Below, one piece after another: positions 37,880-51,518 of a DNA stretch of 64,000 bases. The notes under the pieces are model-generated. The model saw only the letters and a list, made by a program, of their open reading frames with translations, did not search any database and was not told where the DNA came from. Origin of the DNA: Isurus oxyrinchus (lineage: Eukaryota); the NCBI GenBank assembly GCA_026770705.1, contig JANJGN010000121.1:620001-684000 (forward strand). Reading direction: 5' to 3'. The position numbers and the translations under genes are program-made. Positions within the stretch are counted from its first letter, which is position 1, and each line of letters starts with the position of its first letter.

Positions 37880-38710
37880 GACTCAAATTTACAGATGAGG
37901 CTGAATTGGGGGGATGGTCAATACTGAGGAGGACTACAACAAATTATTTTGGCAGGAAGAATAGAAAAACAGGATATTATTTAAATGGAGAGAGGCTGCT
38001 GAATGCAGTACAGAGGGATCTGGGTGTCCTTGTACATGAATCACAGAAAGTCAGCATTCAGGAAAACCACGGAATGAGGAAGGCAAGTGGAACGTTGGCC
38101 TTTATTGCAAAGGGATGGAGTATAAAAGGAGGGAAGTCTTGCAACAGCTGCACAGGGTGAGATTGTATCAGGAGCAGTGTGTACAGTTCTGGTCTCCTTA
38201 CTTAGGGAGGGATAGACTCTGCATTGAAGGCAGTTCAGAGGAGGTCCACTGGGCTGATTCCTGGGATTAAAGGGTTTGTCCTGTGAGGAAATGTTGAGCA
38301 GGTTGGGCCTGTATCCATTGGAGTTTAGAAGAATGAGGAGTGACCTTATTGAAACATATCCGATTCCGAGGGGGCTTGACAGGGTGGATGCTGGGAGGAT
38401 GTTTCCCCCTCGTGGGGGAATCTAGAACCAGGGAGCACAGTTTCGGAATGAGGACTCTCCCATTTAAGACTGAGATGAGGAGGAATTTCCTCTCTCAGAG
38501 GGGCACTAGCCTGTGGAATTCTCTTCCCCAGACAGCAGTGGAGGCTGGGCCATTGAATAGACTCAAGGCTGAGTGAGGCAGGTTTTTGATCGACAAGGGA
38601 GTCAAGGGTTTGGGGGACAGGCAGGAAAATGGAGTTAAGGCCACAACCAGATCAGTAGAGCAGGCTGGAGGGGCCGAATGGCCTGCTCCTGTCCCTATTT
38701 CTTATGTTCC
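37880..38710 (+). mobile_element. CR1 LINE 3' part
   Basis: YYLNGERL..QRDLGVLVHES; 3' tail. Confidence 0.85.
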
Positions 38711-38784
38711 TACATTCTTACCATCTTAAAATATTAAAGCTGCAGAATAAACATGCAAGTGACTGACCCGCTCGACCCACCTTC

Positions 38785-40800
38785 CATCAGGGGCTGGAGG
38801 AGGTTACACAGATAGGGAGGTTTGTGGGGGCTGTAGGAGGTAACAGAGATAGGGAGGGCTGTAGATACTGGAGGAGGTTACGCAGATAGGGAGGGTGGTA
38901 GGACCTGGAGGAGGTTGCAGAGATAGGGAGGGCTATAGGGATTTGAGGAGTTTATGGAGATGGGGAGCGTGTAGGGACTGGAGGAGGCTGCAAGGGCAGA
39001 GAAGGTTTTAGGGGCAGGAGGAGTTTACAGGGATAGGAAGAGTTGTAGGGGCTGGACGGATTGCAGAGGTAGGGAGGGTTGGAAAGGCTGGTGGAGGTTC
39101 CAGAGGTAGGGAAGGTTGCAGGGACTGGAGGAGTTTACAGAGATGGGGGAGCTTTTGGGGCAGGATGGGGTTACAGAAATAGGGAGGTTTGTAGGGGCAG
39201 GACGAGGTTAGATAGATATGGAGTGTGGCTGGGGCTGAGGGAGGCTACAGAGATAGGGAGGGTTATAATGGCTGGAGGAGGTTACAGAGATAAAGGAAAC
39301 TCTTAGGGACTGGAGGAGGTTACAGAGATAGGGAGGGTTGTAGTGGGCTGGAGGAGGTTACAGAAATATGATGGGTTGTAAGAGATGGACCAGCTTACAG
39401 AGATAGGGAGAGGTATTCGGTCTGGAGGAGGTTGCAGAGATAGGGGAGGTTGTTAGGACTGGAGGAGGCTACAAATATCGCGAGGGTTATCGGGGCTTGA
39501 GGAGGTTAAAGAGATAGGGAGGGGTGTTGGGTCCAGAGGAGTTTGCAGTGATAGGAATGGTTTTCGGGATTGGAAGAGGGTACTGAGATAGGAGGGTTGT
39601 AGGGACTGGAGGAGGCTCCTGAGATAGGGAGGGTTGTAGGGACTGGAGGAGGCTCCTGAGATAGGGAGGGTTGTAGGGACTGGAGGAGGCTCCTGAGATA
39701 GAGAGGGTTGTAGGGACTGGAGGAGGCTCCTGAGATAGAGAGGGTTGTAGGGACTGGAGGAGGATCCTGAGATAGGGAATGTTGCCGTGGATGAAAATAA
39801 AGGAGGAGATTACTGTAATAGGGAGGAAAAATATTCAAAAATTTGGACATTGAGACTTTGCTTGACCAGGAGCCAGTCTCGGGCATCGAGCAGAGCGGGT
39901 GATAAGGGAACGGGACTTGGTGTGAGTAAGGACGTGGTCAGAAGTTTTGGATGGCCTCAAGTTTATGGAGTGTAGAGCGTGTGTTGGAACAGTCGAGTCT
40001 GAAGGTAATGAAGGCGTGGATGAGGGTTTCAGCAGCAGATGAGCTGAGACAGGGTGAAGTCTTGTGATGTTACGGAGGTGGAAATAGACGGTGTTAGTGA
40101 GGGCGCAAAATTGAGGCCGGAAGCTCATCTCAGGATCAAATGGGACAACAAAGCTGTGAACAGATTGGCTTCAATCTCAGAGAGCTGCCAGGGAGAGGAA
40201 TGGAGTTGGTAGCGAGGGAACAGAGTTTGGAGCGGGGAATGAAGACAATGGCTTCAGTCTTTCCAATATTTAATTGGAGGGAATTTCTGCCCATCCAGTA
40301 CTGGATGTCGGATAAGCAGCCTGATAATTTAGCAGCAGTGGAGGAGTCGAGAGAGGTGGTGGTGAGGTAGAGCTGGGGATCCTCAGTGGACAGGTGAAAA
40401 CTAACACTGTTCAGATGATGCTGCAAAGCCATTGCAAGTGATTCTCTGGCTACGATGAGATGGATAAGAATGGAGCCAGGGGAGAGCAGTCCCACCCAGC
40501 TGGACGACAGTGGAGAGGTGTTGGAGGAGGATGGTGTGGTCGAGCGTGTCAAAGGCTGCAGACAGATCGAGAAGGACGAGGAGGGAAAGTTGACCTTTGT
40601 CACAGTCACACAGGATGCCATTTGTGACCTTGATAAGAGCTGTTTCAGCACAGTGGCTGGGGTGGGAACCTGATTGGAGGGATTCAAACATGGAGCTCCA
40701 GGAAAGATGGGAACGGATTCGGGAGATGGAAACACGTTCAAGGACTTTGGAGGTGAAAGAGAGGCTGCAGATGGGACGGGGGTTTACACAGACAGTGTGA
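38785..40800 (-). mobile_element. L2-clade LINE fragment (39790-40800) with adjoining 37-bp minisatellite (38785-39780)
   Basis: FESLQSG...ETALIKVTN..L...LVLLDLSAAFDTLDH; LQLNIGKTEAI. Confidence 0.85.
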
Positions 40801-41055
40801 GGGGTGGAAGGTGTAGTGGGGAGGAGACACTTCACTCAGGGGGGAGGTGTCATCACCCCTCAGCTCGGTTTACGTTACAGCTATGATGTGGATTCAATCA
40901 CAGACAATAAGCTCATGGATCTGGGAGCAGAAATAGACAAATCATTAAAAATAGTGACGCTGGTTAACACGGCCAAAAAACAAGCAAATCAAACACTATT
41001 ATTTCCCATTGAGTGTTGAATGTGAATTGTTGAGTAATTATAACACAGCACTTAC

Positions 41056-41433
41056 CAGAAACCTGAAGCTGGGTTACAGGGTAATAGTTATGGCTCGGAC
41101 CATTGTCAAATTTTATCGTGAAAAAATAATATCCTGCATCTTCCCGTCTGATGTTGTTTATAATCAGGGAACAGTCACCATCTTTCAGGTCTCCAGACAG
41201 CCGGGTCCGATGGCGGAACTGTGGCAACTCGTGACTGTGACCCTTGGAGTGAAAGGCTATAGACCATTTAGACCATTTGTTCCGTATGTACCTTCTCATT
41301 TTCCAGATTCCGACATGTGGTTTCTTTACCAAATCTGATGGATAACTGTAATGACATGGAATCTGTACACACAAACCTTCCTGCGCTGTCACCTCTCGTG
41401 GAGTGTCACCTTTCCACTCTTGTGACAATCCAA
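41056..41433 (-). CDS. Gene B: Siglec V-set exon (distal), essential Arg replaced by Thr
   Basis: ctctccccag/gtaagt, 378 nt, open; VTAQEGLCVQIPC...DCSL...DAGYYFFTIK. Confidence 0.9.
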
Positions 41434-42057
41434 CTGGGGAGAGAAATATCAATATTTAACTCTGGATGTTTTGTTGATCCACTAGACTCGATATCCACCC
41501 CCTCCATCACTCGGGCACAGTGGCTGCAGTGTGGACCATCTACAGGACACACAATGAACTCCACAAGATATCACACCAGATGGAAGAGAATCCTGGACAC
41601 AAAAGCGGAAAAGTTCATTCTACATTGGTTCATGGTCCTCAGGACCCTGTTTGTGCAGAAGTCTGCTCTCCAACAGAACTGAAGTTGGGGACAATGCATT
41701 TGGAATTCCACTGTCCGGGGCATTGGGTTAACTTGCTGATTTTGTTTTAAATCCAACATCTATTTTTGGTCTGTTGCCTTAAAGGGAGTGTAACTGGGAG
41801 TCAGGTTAATTAGGAATTTTAGGAGTTATGATAGCAGTAATTGTAGTTATGTATGTGCTTGAAATCTTTTATTTTGATGACAAATATGTTAATTTATTGT
41901 TTTAAATCTCTAAAGGTATTGGTGGAGTTATTGCTTATGAATTAAGTGCACACATCTCATAATAAATACAAATTGCAAAATCATTATGATAGTGTGACCA
42001 GGTTTCTCTCAAGGACTTGGTCTGCCTGGCACACATCACCTGCCAAGTGATAACACT

Positions 42058-43349
42058 GTTGTAATATGCCTTTCAGGGACAGCAGCATGACATCACTCGA
42101 GGGGAAGTGTGTCATGTGATTTTTAGGAACTGGTGTTCGCTTAAGTAAGTTCTATGTGTATTTGTGTGCGTTAGGCAAAAGGTCTATCTTTAAGTTCAAG
42201 TTTAGTTTGTATTTCTGTATTTGGGTGTTGAGAAAAGGGGGAACTTGTGTTAAAAAGAAGCCAGCATTCCATTGAGGTTTTATGACTGTTGAAGGGAAGT
42301 CAAAACAAATACAAGGTGTAAGGAACTATGCTGTTGCCTAGCAACAGTGATCCAGAGGGAGGGACACACAGAGACCGAGAAAAACAGAAAAGTACTTTCA
42401 GTTCTGTTGAAAGGAGTTGCCAGGAGAAGCAGCAAAGGAGCGGGATAGATAGTCAGTCCCAAAGTAAAGAAGAAGCCAAATCTATCGAGTTTGACAGGAG
42501 AAAGGGCCCAAGAAAACCTTCTAGTCAAATCTGGAAAAGGCCCTGTAAAATGAAGTTAAGAGTGAGGAGCAGAAGAAGGCTTCAAGCATAAAGGGAGAAG
42601 CAGCAGGACACAGACCTAAAGCAAAATAGGCTTGTGAGAAGGCAGAAGATCCTAGGAGACACCACAGTTTGGTGACTCATTACTACGGCCATGTGAAGCC
42701 ATGGTGTTCCATTGACACGGCTGAGCATTGGAGAGACAGGGCGTGGAAGGAAGGCTGAATGCACGTGGCGATCCAGGGGGCAGGAACATGGGAAGGAGAG
42801 TTTGAAATAGTGAAAGTGGACCCTTGTGGAAGGTGTCTGAGTGAAAGTGTCATGTTGGAGGAGACTCCAAAGTGAGTTCTTGGAGAGTGGAGATTGGAAA
42901 CCCTCATATGAAAGAAGCTTTTCAGTGAGACTGGTTGGCTCACAGTGCAACAAGCGTCTGGGGACAAATGAGACATAGAATTTGTTTCAAGTGGGCTCTG
43001 CCACTTGCTTTCAGAATGTGGCGTCCCTGACCACAGGTCGTCTATAGTTTTACATCAACTGTGTACTTAGTGTGAACATGAGAGTATAAGATAGTTACCG
43101 TAACTTGTGTTCTGCTTATGAATCTGTAAAGGGATAGATCTGGGTGAATCAGTAATGTCATATAGTTTGTCTTTCCTAGTTTAATAAATGTTTTATTCTT
43201 TTGTTAGAAGTTCATCAGATGACTCCTGTGACTCTGTTCAGTAGCCGCACTCCACATTCCTAAATAAAAAATAAAAGTTAGGACCTATCAAGTTGAGTTC
43301 CACCCTGGGATCTGACTTGCCCAGTAGTAACATCAGCTGGGATGGTAAC
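42058..43349 (+). mobile_element. Solo LTR-like element
   Basis: tgttgtaa...ggtaaca termini, AATAAA at ~43183 and ~43263. Confidence 0.55.
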
Positions 43350-45700
43350 ACCATCCAGTCCAAGTCTCACTTTGGCCTGTGAGCAGAACACAGCTCACAC
43401 AGTTTGGCTGCAGGTGTCTCCCAGCTTTCTATCCTTGTATATCTGTTCTTATGTCCCTATTCTAAATAACTGAACCCACAATGTATTTACCCAATTCCGT
43501 ATCAGTGGCTGGTGCCTTTATATCATTATAAAAACACAACATGGTGATCAGTGGTGGCCAAACATTCTGGCAGCAAGATTCAGTACAGGTATGACGTGGT
43601 GAACAGGCTGAGATCGAGTTACATGACATGAGACAACCCTCGACGCTTTGGTCAGACCACAACAGAGACACAGCATCAGAGAGGGTTGAAATCGCAGTGT
43701 ACTGACTGCTCAGGAATCCTTTGAAGACACAGTGACGGGAAAGAGCTCAAGTAAAGAGCTGGGGAGCAGACGGATCCCTCGTGGTGAGATTACAGCACAC
43801 GGCCTGTAGGTCAGTGAGTGGGACAGTGTGTATCGCCAGGACCAGCAGCGGGTTAGCTCAGTCAGGGAAGGCGAGTGACCAGGGTGTGGGCTGGATCGAT
43901 AGTGAGCGAGGGAGAGTCAAACACACAAAAACCATTATAAAAATCAGCCCAGAGAAGTTAGTGATTATAACGGGCGGCTTCGAGATTGCTGAACAGCAAA
44001 TTGAATAAAAACAAAGACTCCTTTACTCCGTGGTGTGTTCCTGCCACAACCCGTCTCCGTGGGCAGAGCTTCGGAAAAGCACACGAAAGGGGCTAAAGTA
44101 ACACTCATCCCAGGTCCTGTAGGAGAAGGAAGGTCAAAGGAATATTGTCAGAATGTCCACGAAATTCCCCAGTTTGAACTGGGATGTAGCTGACCGACTA
44201 TCTGAATTCAGAATGTTTAAACAGCGTACAGAGCTCTGGTTTCCTGATTCAGGTGTGACTGAACCAGACGAGCAAGCCATAAAAATCCACCTCGCGATTG
44301 GGAATGAAGGTCTACACAGACTGAACACGTCAGAATTAACAGCAGAAGAGCGAAAGGGTCCCCAATAGATATGGATGATATTGGAAGACAGGTTCGGAAT
44401 CAGGTGAAACTCCATATTCATCAACTAGAGTTTATGTCATTTCATCAGCCTACACAATCCATAGACCACTTCATCAGCCGATGTAGAGAAAAGAGTACGC
44501 ACTGTGATTTCAAACACAGAGCCTGCAGACAGAGTTGTTGAGTTGGTGATCACATCCACTCCCATGGAAGCCTTCCAGAAAGATCTGCTAGATAAGACCA
44601 AAACCTATAGCATTGAAGAGTTACTCAAGGATGGACATAAATACGAACTGATCCTCGCAGGTCAACGAAGCTTACAGGTCCTCAGTACTACATCAATTGT
44701 TGACACACTCACTAGAACATCCAAACCTAGTGAGACGTGTGGAAGGTGTGGCCTTCTGCAGGAACCAAGGAAATGCCCAGCTTTCCACCAATCCTGCAAG
44801 GCTTGTGGCAGAAAGGGCCATTGACAGCGGCAGGGCACTAGAGCAAAGGCTGATGCAGCTACAAAGAGCCGTGCGCTGATCCAAACAAACCCTGCACAAC
44901 GGGGAAACTTCAAGCAATAAGAATGACCATCCGCTATCCCATCAGGAACATATACATGTGGTGACTGACAAACCAGGAAATGGCGATGATGTACACGACG
45001 AGTCTAGGACCGGTGATCGATATTCCACCTCTCACACATATCCTGACGTGGCTTGCCAATAAATTGTGGATTGTGGTCTTTATTGATCTCTCTGGGCACA
45101 TCAAATAAACTGAAAATGTTCCCATAGGGGTGGGATTTTCTGGCCCCACCGACTTCCAAGATTGACCGGTCCGGCTGAAAGCCAATGGATTTATGTCTGT
45201 CCCAGTCTCAGAAACTATCCCATAAACTCAGTTCATGACATAACATTGAAATATGCAGAAAGATTCAACAATATTGGCAGTTTGAAGGGAGCTGCAACAT
45301 TACACCTGCAGGAGATTGCAAGTCTGTCAGACTCCTTGCATTAAAATTAATACAGTCCAACTTTGCCACGCTATATTGAGCCTTAAATGGCCAATAATTT
45401 CTATGCCTTCCAGGTTCATTTGCTCTCTTCTAATTTTGGCTGTGCATCTCTCTCTGTTGAACCTCCTCTCGGGATCCCATCCCCTGCCATATTAGTTTAA
45501 AGCCTCCTCAATTGCATCAAGGGTGTAATGTCAATTGAAACCAGGGACAACATCAAAGAATGACAATCCCACAGATCAATGTGAGCAATTAAAGAAACCT
45601 CCAGACAATTTTGCCACCACAAGATCTCGACATAACAGCAGATTACCTCTACGCTTTAGAGACTCAAATATTCAACAGATCTATACACTTATGTAATTGT
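43350..45700 (+). mobile_element. Gypsy LTR retrotransposon remnant (gag 44153-44830)
   Basis: aaaacacaaca/tggtgatc LTR-PBS-like junction at ~43541; gag with CGRCG..CPAF...CKACGRKGH knuckles; stops and frameshifts. Confidence 0.75.
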
Positions 45701-46714
45701 CAAGAATTATGAAAATGATACCAGGAACCTCTTGTTCCCTGTCCTTCTCAAAGATCCATCCCTGCAGCAGGAGCCTGAAGAGTTACTGATGTGGGGCTTA
45801 ATTTATCAGATTGTAGAATGATCCGGAACAGAAGGATGCCATTTGGCCCATCGAGCCTGTGCTGGGCCTTTGAAAGATCTGTCCAATTAGTCCCACTCTA
45901 ACCTCTGCTCTCTCCTCCACAGCCCTGCAAAATGTCACCTTCAAGTATTTATCCAGTTCCCCTTCTGAAAGTTCCTGTTGAATCTGCTTCCATCGCTCTT
46001 TCAGGCAGTGAGTCAATGGTCTCTCTCTGAGCTGCAAAGTGCTAATGTTCTGAGAACTTTAAACACTGCAGCAGATCAGAGACAATCATGATAACTCAGA
46101 ATATTTGACACCTTTACACCCAGTCAGCTTTGCCTTTCTTCTCTCTTTCAGTTATCTTGCTCCCTTATTGAAGTATCTAGCAAGGTGAGAATGGACAGGA
46201 AGTGTGACACTGAACAGCCTGTCTATTCTAGGAGCTGCTGTGTTGTCTTCATGGGAAATTCTGACAAAATCAGCAAAAGACACAAAATTTCAGGGCATTG
46301 TTATCCGAGTCCCAGCATCAGGATAGACTTCATCCCCCCGTTGGTATTCCTGATTCTCTATTCAGCCGATCGCTCCCCTGTCACTGGCTGAACTACACTG
46401 GCTCCCAGTCCAGCAATGACTCAAATTTCAAATTCTCATCATTGATTTCTTACCCCACCATCCCCCCTCTACACTCTCTATCTGTGTAACCTCCTCCAAC
46501 CCTAAAAACCTCTGAGATCTCTGCACTCCTCCAATTCTGCTGTCAGACAGGGAGTCAGTGTATATCAGTGAGCACAGGGGTGATGGGTGAATGGGACTTG
46601 GTGTGAGTTTGTGCACTGGGTCACTGCTGAATCGGTTCCCAATCACACTCAATAAGAATGATCTTTTACAAAGACTATTAGCCATAAACCAATCCGAGCT
46701 GACGATGTTATTAC

Positions 46715-46754
46715 CTTGGAGAAGTGACAGGAGGAAGTAGGATTTCCCGATCAT
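46715..46754 (-). CDS. Gene B: signal peptide exon
   Basis: MIGKSYFLLSLLQ with donor caag/gtaata, phase 1; joins V exon to give ...LLQVGLSQEW; acceptor tttctctttcag just upstream (exon start 46796). Confidence 0.8.
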
Positions 46755-47169
46755 TGTCCACTCCCAGATATTTCATAAGCTTCTGACTCTCAAACTCTGA
46801 AAGAGAAAGGAGTTAATGAGACCTCACCTCTTGTCCGACAGCTCTCAAGAGATCAGAACTGCTTTTGGACAATGTCTTGACAGACTAATTTGATTCTCTG
46901 TGGGATGATAGGTGCTCTGCAGAGAGTTACAAGGCTTTAAGAAAGAAAAACATTGAAGGATTTGCATTTCTATAGCACCTTTCACCACCTCAAGATGTCC
47001 CAAAGCTCATGTCCCTGCACTTCCCTCATCCCTTGAGCTAGAAAGATGTTCTGTACAACAGACTTGAGTCTCACACCCAGATCTCAATAACCAGTAGAAA
47101 TCTTTCAAATGCATCAATCATTGGATCTGTCTTTATAAAGTCACAACATCAACAAAGGACGGTGTTGGT

Positions 47170-47350
47170 GGTGGAAGTGAATTCTAATCGTTCCGTTACT
47201 TACCCAGGACCTGTCCGACTGCTCGCCTGGGGAGGAACTGCCCACACGCTCTGCTTGGGCTGAATGACCTCTTCCTGTGCTGCTCCCTCTGTGTATTTAA
47301 TTAGAAAGGGTGGATGTGTCACTGTGAGACAAAATGAGGAAGTGGGTAAC
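47170..47350 (-). promoter_or_regulatory. Candidate 5' UTR exon / promoter of gene B
   Basis: Minus-strand gtaagt donor at 47203-47198; PU.1/ETS-like aaaatgaggaagtg at 47331-47344. Confidence 0.35.
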
Positions 47351-47574
47351 CAGTGAGAAGATCGAGGATGTTTTGTGCTCTCAGCAAAACGCTTACCATG
47401 TGATGATCTGTCAGCTCATATTTGGGCAGCTGTAGTCATGAAGCTTCTCCATTGGCTCCGTGGGATTAGACTCCTGCCCCTCACCTCGGAGGCTGAAACT
47501 CAGGCGATAAGAGTTCCCAATACAGGTCTCTGGCCTTATGATACATTTCAACGATCCCTGTTATCATTACAGAG

Positions 47575-50095
47575 TGAGTGCTGCACTGTCAGCGGGAGTT
47601 TACTGTGGGAGTGCTGCACTATCAGAGGGTCAGTAATGTGGGAGGGCTGCACTGTCAGAGGGTCAGTAATGTGGGAGTGCTGCAACATCAGAGCGTCAGT
47701 AATGAGGGAGTGCTGCACTATCAGAGGGTCAGTAATGTGGGAGTGCTGCACTATCAGAGGGTAAGTAATAAGGGAGTGCTGAACTGTCGGTGGGTCTGAA
47801 CTGAGTGAGTTCCGCACAGTTGGAGGGTCAGTATTGAGGGGGTGCCGGACTGTGGGAGGGTTAGTACTGAGGTAGAGTGGAGTGTGAGGAGATATCCTTT
47901 CATGGCAAAGTTTAACTGGAATTTATTTAAACACAATTCTTGTACTGTGTGTTATTGCAAAAGAAAGGATTTGAGGAACTAAGTCTTGTTCCCGTAAGCC
48001 TAAAAATAATTTTCACGGATTTCAATGATTTAGCAATGAAACCTCCCTCTTTGTGCACCAGTCTTGATAGAAACAACTCGCTCAGCACAGTGGGAGGGTG
48101 AGTACTGAGGGAGTGCTGCACTGTGGGAGGGTGAGTACTGAGGGAGTGCTGCACTGTGGGAGTATGAGTACTGAGGGAGTGCTGCACTGTGGGAGAGTGA
48201 GTACTGAGGGAGTGCTGCACTGTCAGAGGTTCAGTAATGAGGGAGTGCTGCACTGTCAGAGGGTCAGTAATGTGGGAGGTCTGCACTGTCAGATGGTCAG
48301 TAATGAGGGAGTGCTGCACTGTCAGAGGGTCAGTAATGTGGGAGGGCTGCACTGTCAGAGGGTCAGTAATGTGGGAGTGCTGCACTGTCGGAGGGTCAGT
48401 ACTGAGTGAGTTCCGCACAGTTGGAGGGTCAGTATTGAGGGAGTGCCGGACTGTGGGAGGGTTAGTACTGAGGTAGAGCGGAACGTGAGGAGATATCCTT
48501 TCATGGCAAAGTTTAACTGGAATTTATTTAAACAGAATTCTTGTACTGTGTGTTATTGCAAAAGAAAGGATTTGAGGAACTAAGTCTTGTTCCCGTAAGC
48601 CTAAAAATAATTTTCACGGATTTCAATGATTTAGCAATGAAACCTCCCTCTTTGTGCACCAGTCTTGATTGAAACAACTCACACAGCACTGTGGGAGGGT
48701 GAGTACTGAGGGAGGGCTGCACTTCGGAAGAGTGAGTACTGAGGGAGGGCTGCACTGTGGTTTGTGAGTACTGAGGGAGTGCTGCACTGTGGGAGAGTGA
48801 GTACTGAGGGAGTGCTGCACTGTCAGAGGATCAGTAATGAGGGAGTGCTGCACTGTCAGAGGGTCAGTAATGTGGGAGGGCTGCACTGTCAGAGGGTCAG
48901 TAATGTGGGAGGTCTGCACTGTCACGTGGTCAGTAATGAGGGAGTGCTGTACTATCAGAGGGTCAGTAATGTGGGAGGGCTGCACTGTCAGAGGGTCAGT
49001 AATGTGGGAGGGCTGCACTGTCAGAGGGTCAGTAATGTGGGAGGTCTGCACTGTCAGATGGTCAGTAATGAGGGATTGCTGCACTGTCAGAGGGTCAGTA
49101 ATGTGGGAGGGCTGCACTGTCAGAGGGTCAGTAATGTGGGAGTGCTGCACTGTCGGAGGGTCTGTACTGAGTGAGTTCCGCACAGTTGGAGGGTCAGTAT
49201 TGAGGGGGTGCCGGACTGTGGGAGGGTTAGTACTGAGGTAGAGCGGAGAGATATCCTTTCATGGCAAAGTTTAACTGGAATTTATTTAAACACAATTCTT
49301 GTACTGTGTGTTATTGCAAAAGAAAGGATTTGAGGAACTAAGTTTTGTTCCCGTAAGCCTAAAAATAATTTTCACGATTTCAATGATTTAGCAATGAAAC
49401 CTCCCTCTTTGGGCATCAGTCTTGATTGAAACAACTCGCACAGCACTGTGGGAGGGTGAGTACTGAGGGAGGGCTGCACTGTGGGAGGGTGAGTACTGAG
49501 GGAGTGCTGCACTGTGGGAGGGGGAGTACTGAGGGAGTGCTGCACTTCGGGAGAGTGAGTACTGAGGGAGGGCTGCACTGTGGGAGGGTGAGTCCTGAGG
49601 GAGTGCTGCACTGTGGGAGGGTGAGAATTGAGGGAGTACTGCACTGTGGGAGCGTCAGTACTGAGGGAGTGCTGAACTGTCGGAAGGTCAGTAGTGAGGG
49701 AGGGATACAGTGTCAGAGGGTCAGTACTGAGGGAATGCTGCACTGTCAGTTTGTCAGCACTGTGGGAGTGCTGCACAGTCAGAAGGTGTGTACCGAGGGA
49801 GTGCCGAACTGTCGGAAGGTCAGTAGTGAGGGAGGGATACAGTATCAGAGGATCAGTACTGAGGTAATGCTGCACTGTGGGTGAGTGAGTACTGAGGGAG
49901 TGCTGCACTGTCAGATTGTCATCCATGAGGGAGTGCTGCACTGTCAGAAGGTCAGTGCTGACGGGGTGCTGCACTTGAAAAGGGTCAATAATGAGGTAGT
50001 GCAGCACTGTCAGAGGGACAGTAATGAGGGAGCGCTGCACTGACGGAGGGTCAGCACTGAAGAAACGCTGCACTGTCAGTTCTGAGCGTGGTCTG
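47575..50095 (+). repeat. 33-bp minisatellite arrays interleaved with a triplicated ~190-bp spacer
   Basis: Spacer gatatcctttcatggcaaag...gaaacaactc at ~47890, ~48491, ~49249. Confidence 0.9.
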
Positions 50096-50789
50096 CACTG
50101 TTCTAAGTGCATTCTAGGCACTGCCCAAGGTTCCGCCTGATGTCCGTGTAACAACAACATCATGTACACGTCGAGAATATTTCCCACTGTTCGGTGCAGC
50201 AAGACAGCTTTGGAATGGCACCACCACTGGCAGGAGTGTGAAACTACAATGTGACATGTTTACATGGGAAATTTCTATTATAAAGATGGGCACAGGAATT
50301 CGTATGATAGAACAAATGTGACAACATGAAGTAATGTCTTTGAGCCAAAAATTTGGCTTCAAAATAAGAATTTTAATCTATAAATATCTACAGAACAGGC
50401 TGAGCATTTTAATCACTTGTGTTAATCAATGTAATTTTATTCATAACCCAAATGCTTCTTACAATCTATCGCAGCATGAAAAAGGTGCAGCATTCAGAAA
50501 GCACATTCCAATCAGAGAACAGAGTTTAGCAACGTCACATTTCTGTTCATTCCTATTCGACCATGTTGGCTGCACACAGCCAGACAATGCCGTGGTTATG
50601 ATGTGTCCACACAGCAGGACTGGGGAGCACCAGGTATAAGGAAAAGTTTCAGCTTGCTGAGGAGAAGAAGGAGAATCTCTCGTTCCAGGTTTCTCTCCGT
50701 ACATTAAGAAGCAGGCATGCCGATGTTTCATTGCACTCTGTCTGCTGTTGGGAGTCCGCTTGGAAATTGCTGTTTGTGCTGATGGAAAG

Positions 50790-51400
50790 AATAAGCTTTT
50801 CATAAATCGAGGCATTGAGTACAAACACAGGGAGGTTATGCTGAACATTTATAAAGCTCTGGTTAGGTCACAACTAGAGTATTGTGTCCAGTTCTGGTCT
50901 CCCCACTTTGGGAAGGAAGTGAGGGTCCTTGAGAGGGTGGGGAGGAGATTGAGCAGAATGGGTCCAGGGATCAGGGATTTTAGCTACAAGGTTGGGTTGG
51001 AGAAGCTGGGGTTGTTCTCCTTGGAGCAAAGGAGATTGAGGGGGGATCTGATCGAGGTGTACAAGATGATGATGGGTTTAGATAAGGCAGACAAAGAGAT
51101 GCTGTTGCCATTAGCTGATGGTACAAGGACTGGGGGACACAGATTGAAGGATTTGGACAGGGGGTGATGTGAGAAGGAACTTTTTTACACAGCGAGTGGT
51201 AATGAGCTGGAACTCGCTGCCTACGAGGATGGTGGAAGTGGAGACGATGAACGATTTCAAAAGGAAATTGGATGGACACATGAGGGGAAATAAACTCACA
51301 GGGATACGGGGATAGAGCGGGGGAAATGGGACTGAGTGGATTGCTCTACAGAGAGGCAGCATGGACTCAATGGGCTGAATGGGCTCCTACTGTGCTGGAA
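50790..51400 (+). mobile_element. CR1 fragment (paralog of 33895-34500)
   Basis: Near-identical sequence and junctions. Confidence 0.88.
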
Positions 51401-51518
51401 TACCTCTCTGATATGAAGGTGATTCTAACCAGGACACTGACCAGTTTCATTACAACTTAACCCAACATCACACGTTATTTGTCCGCACTGACTGACCAGA
51501 TTGTTGCTGTACAAAGCT

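Noticed and set aside
47575-50095. Repeat-spacer pattern resembling a CRISPR array
   Set aside because: Spacers are copies of each other, repeats are tandem minisatellite units, there are no cas genes and the context is a spliced vertebrate locus.
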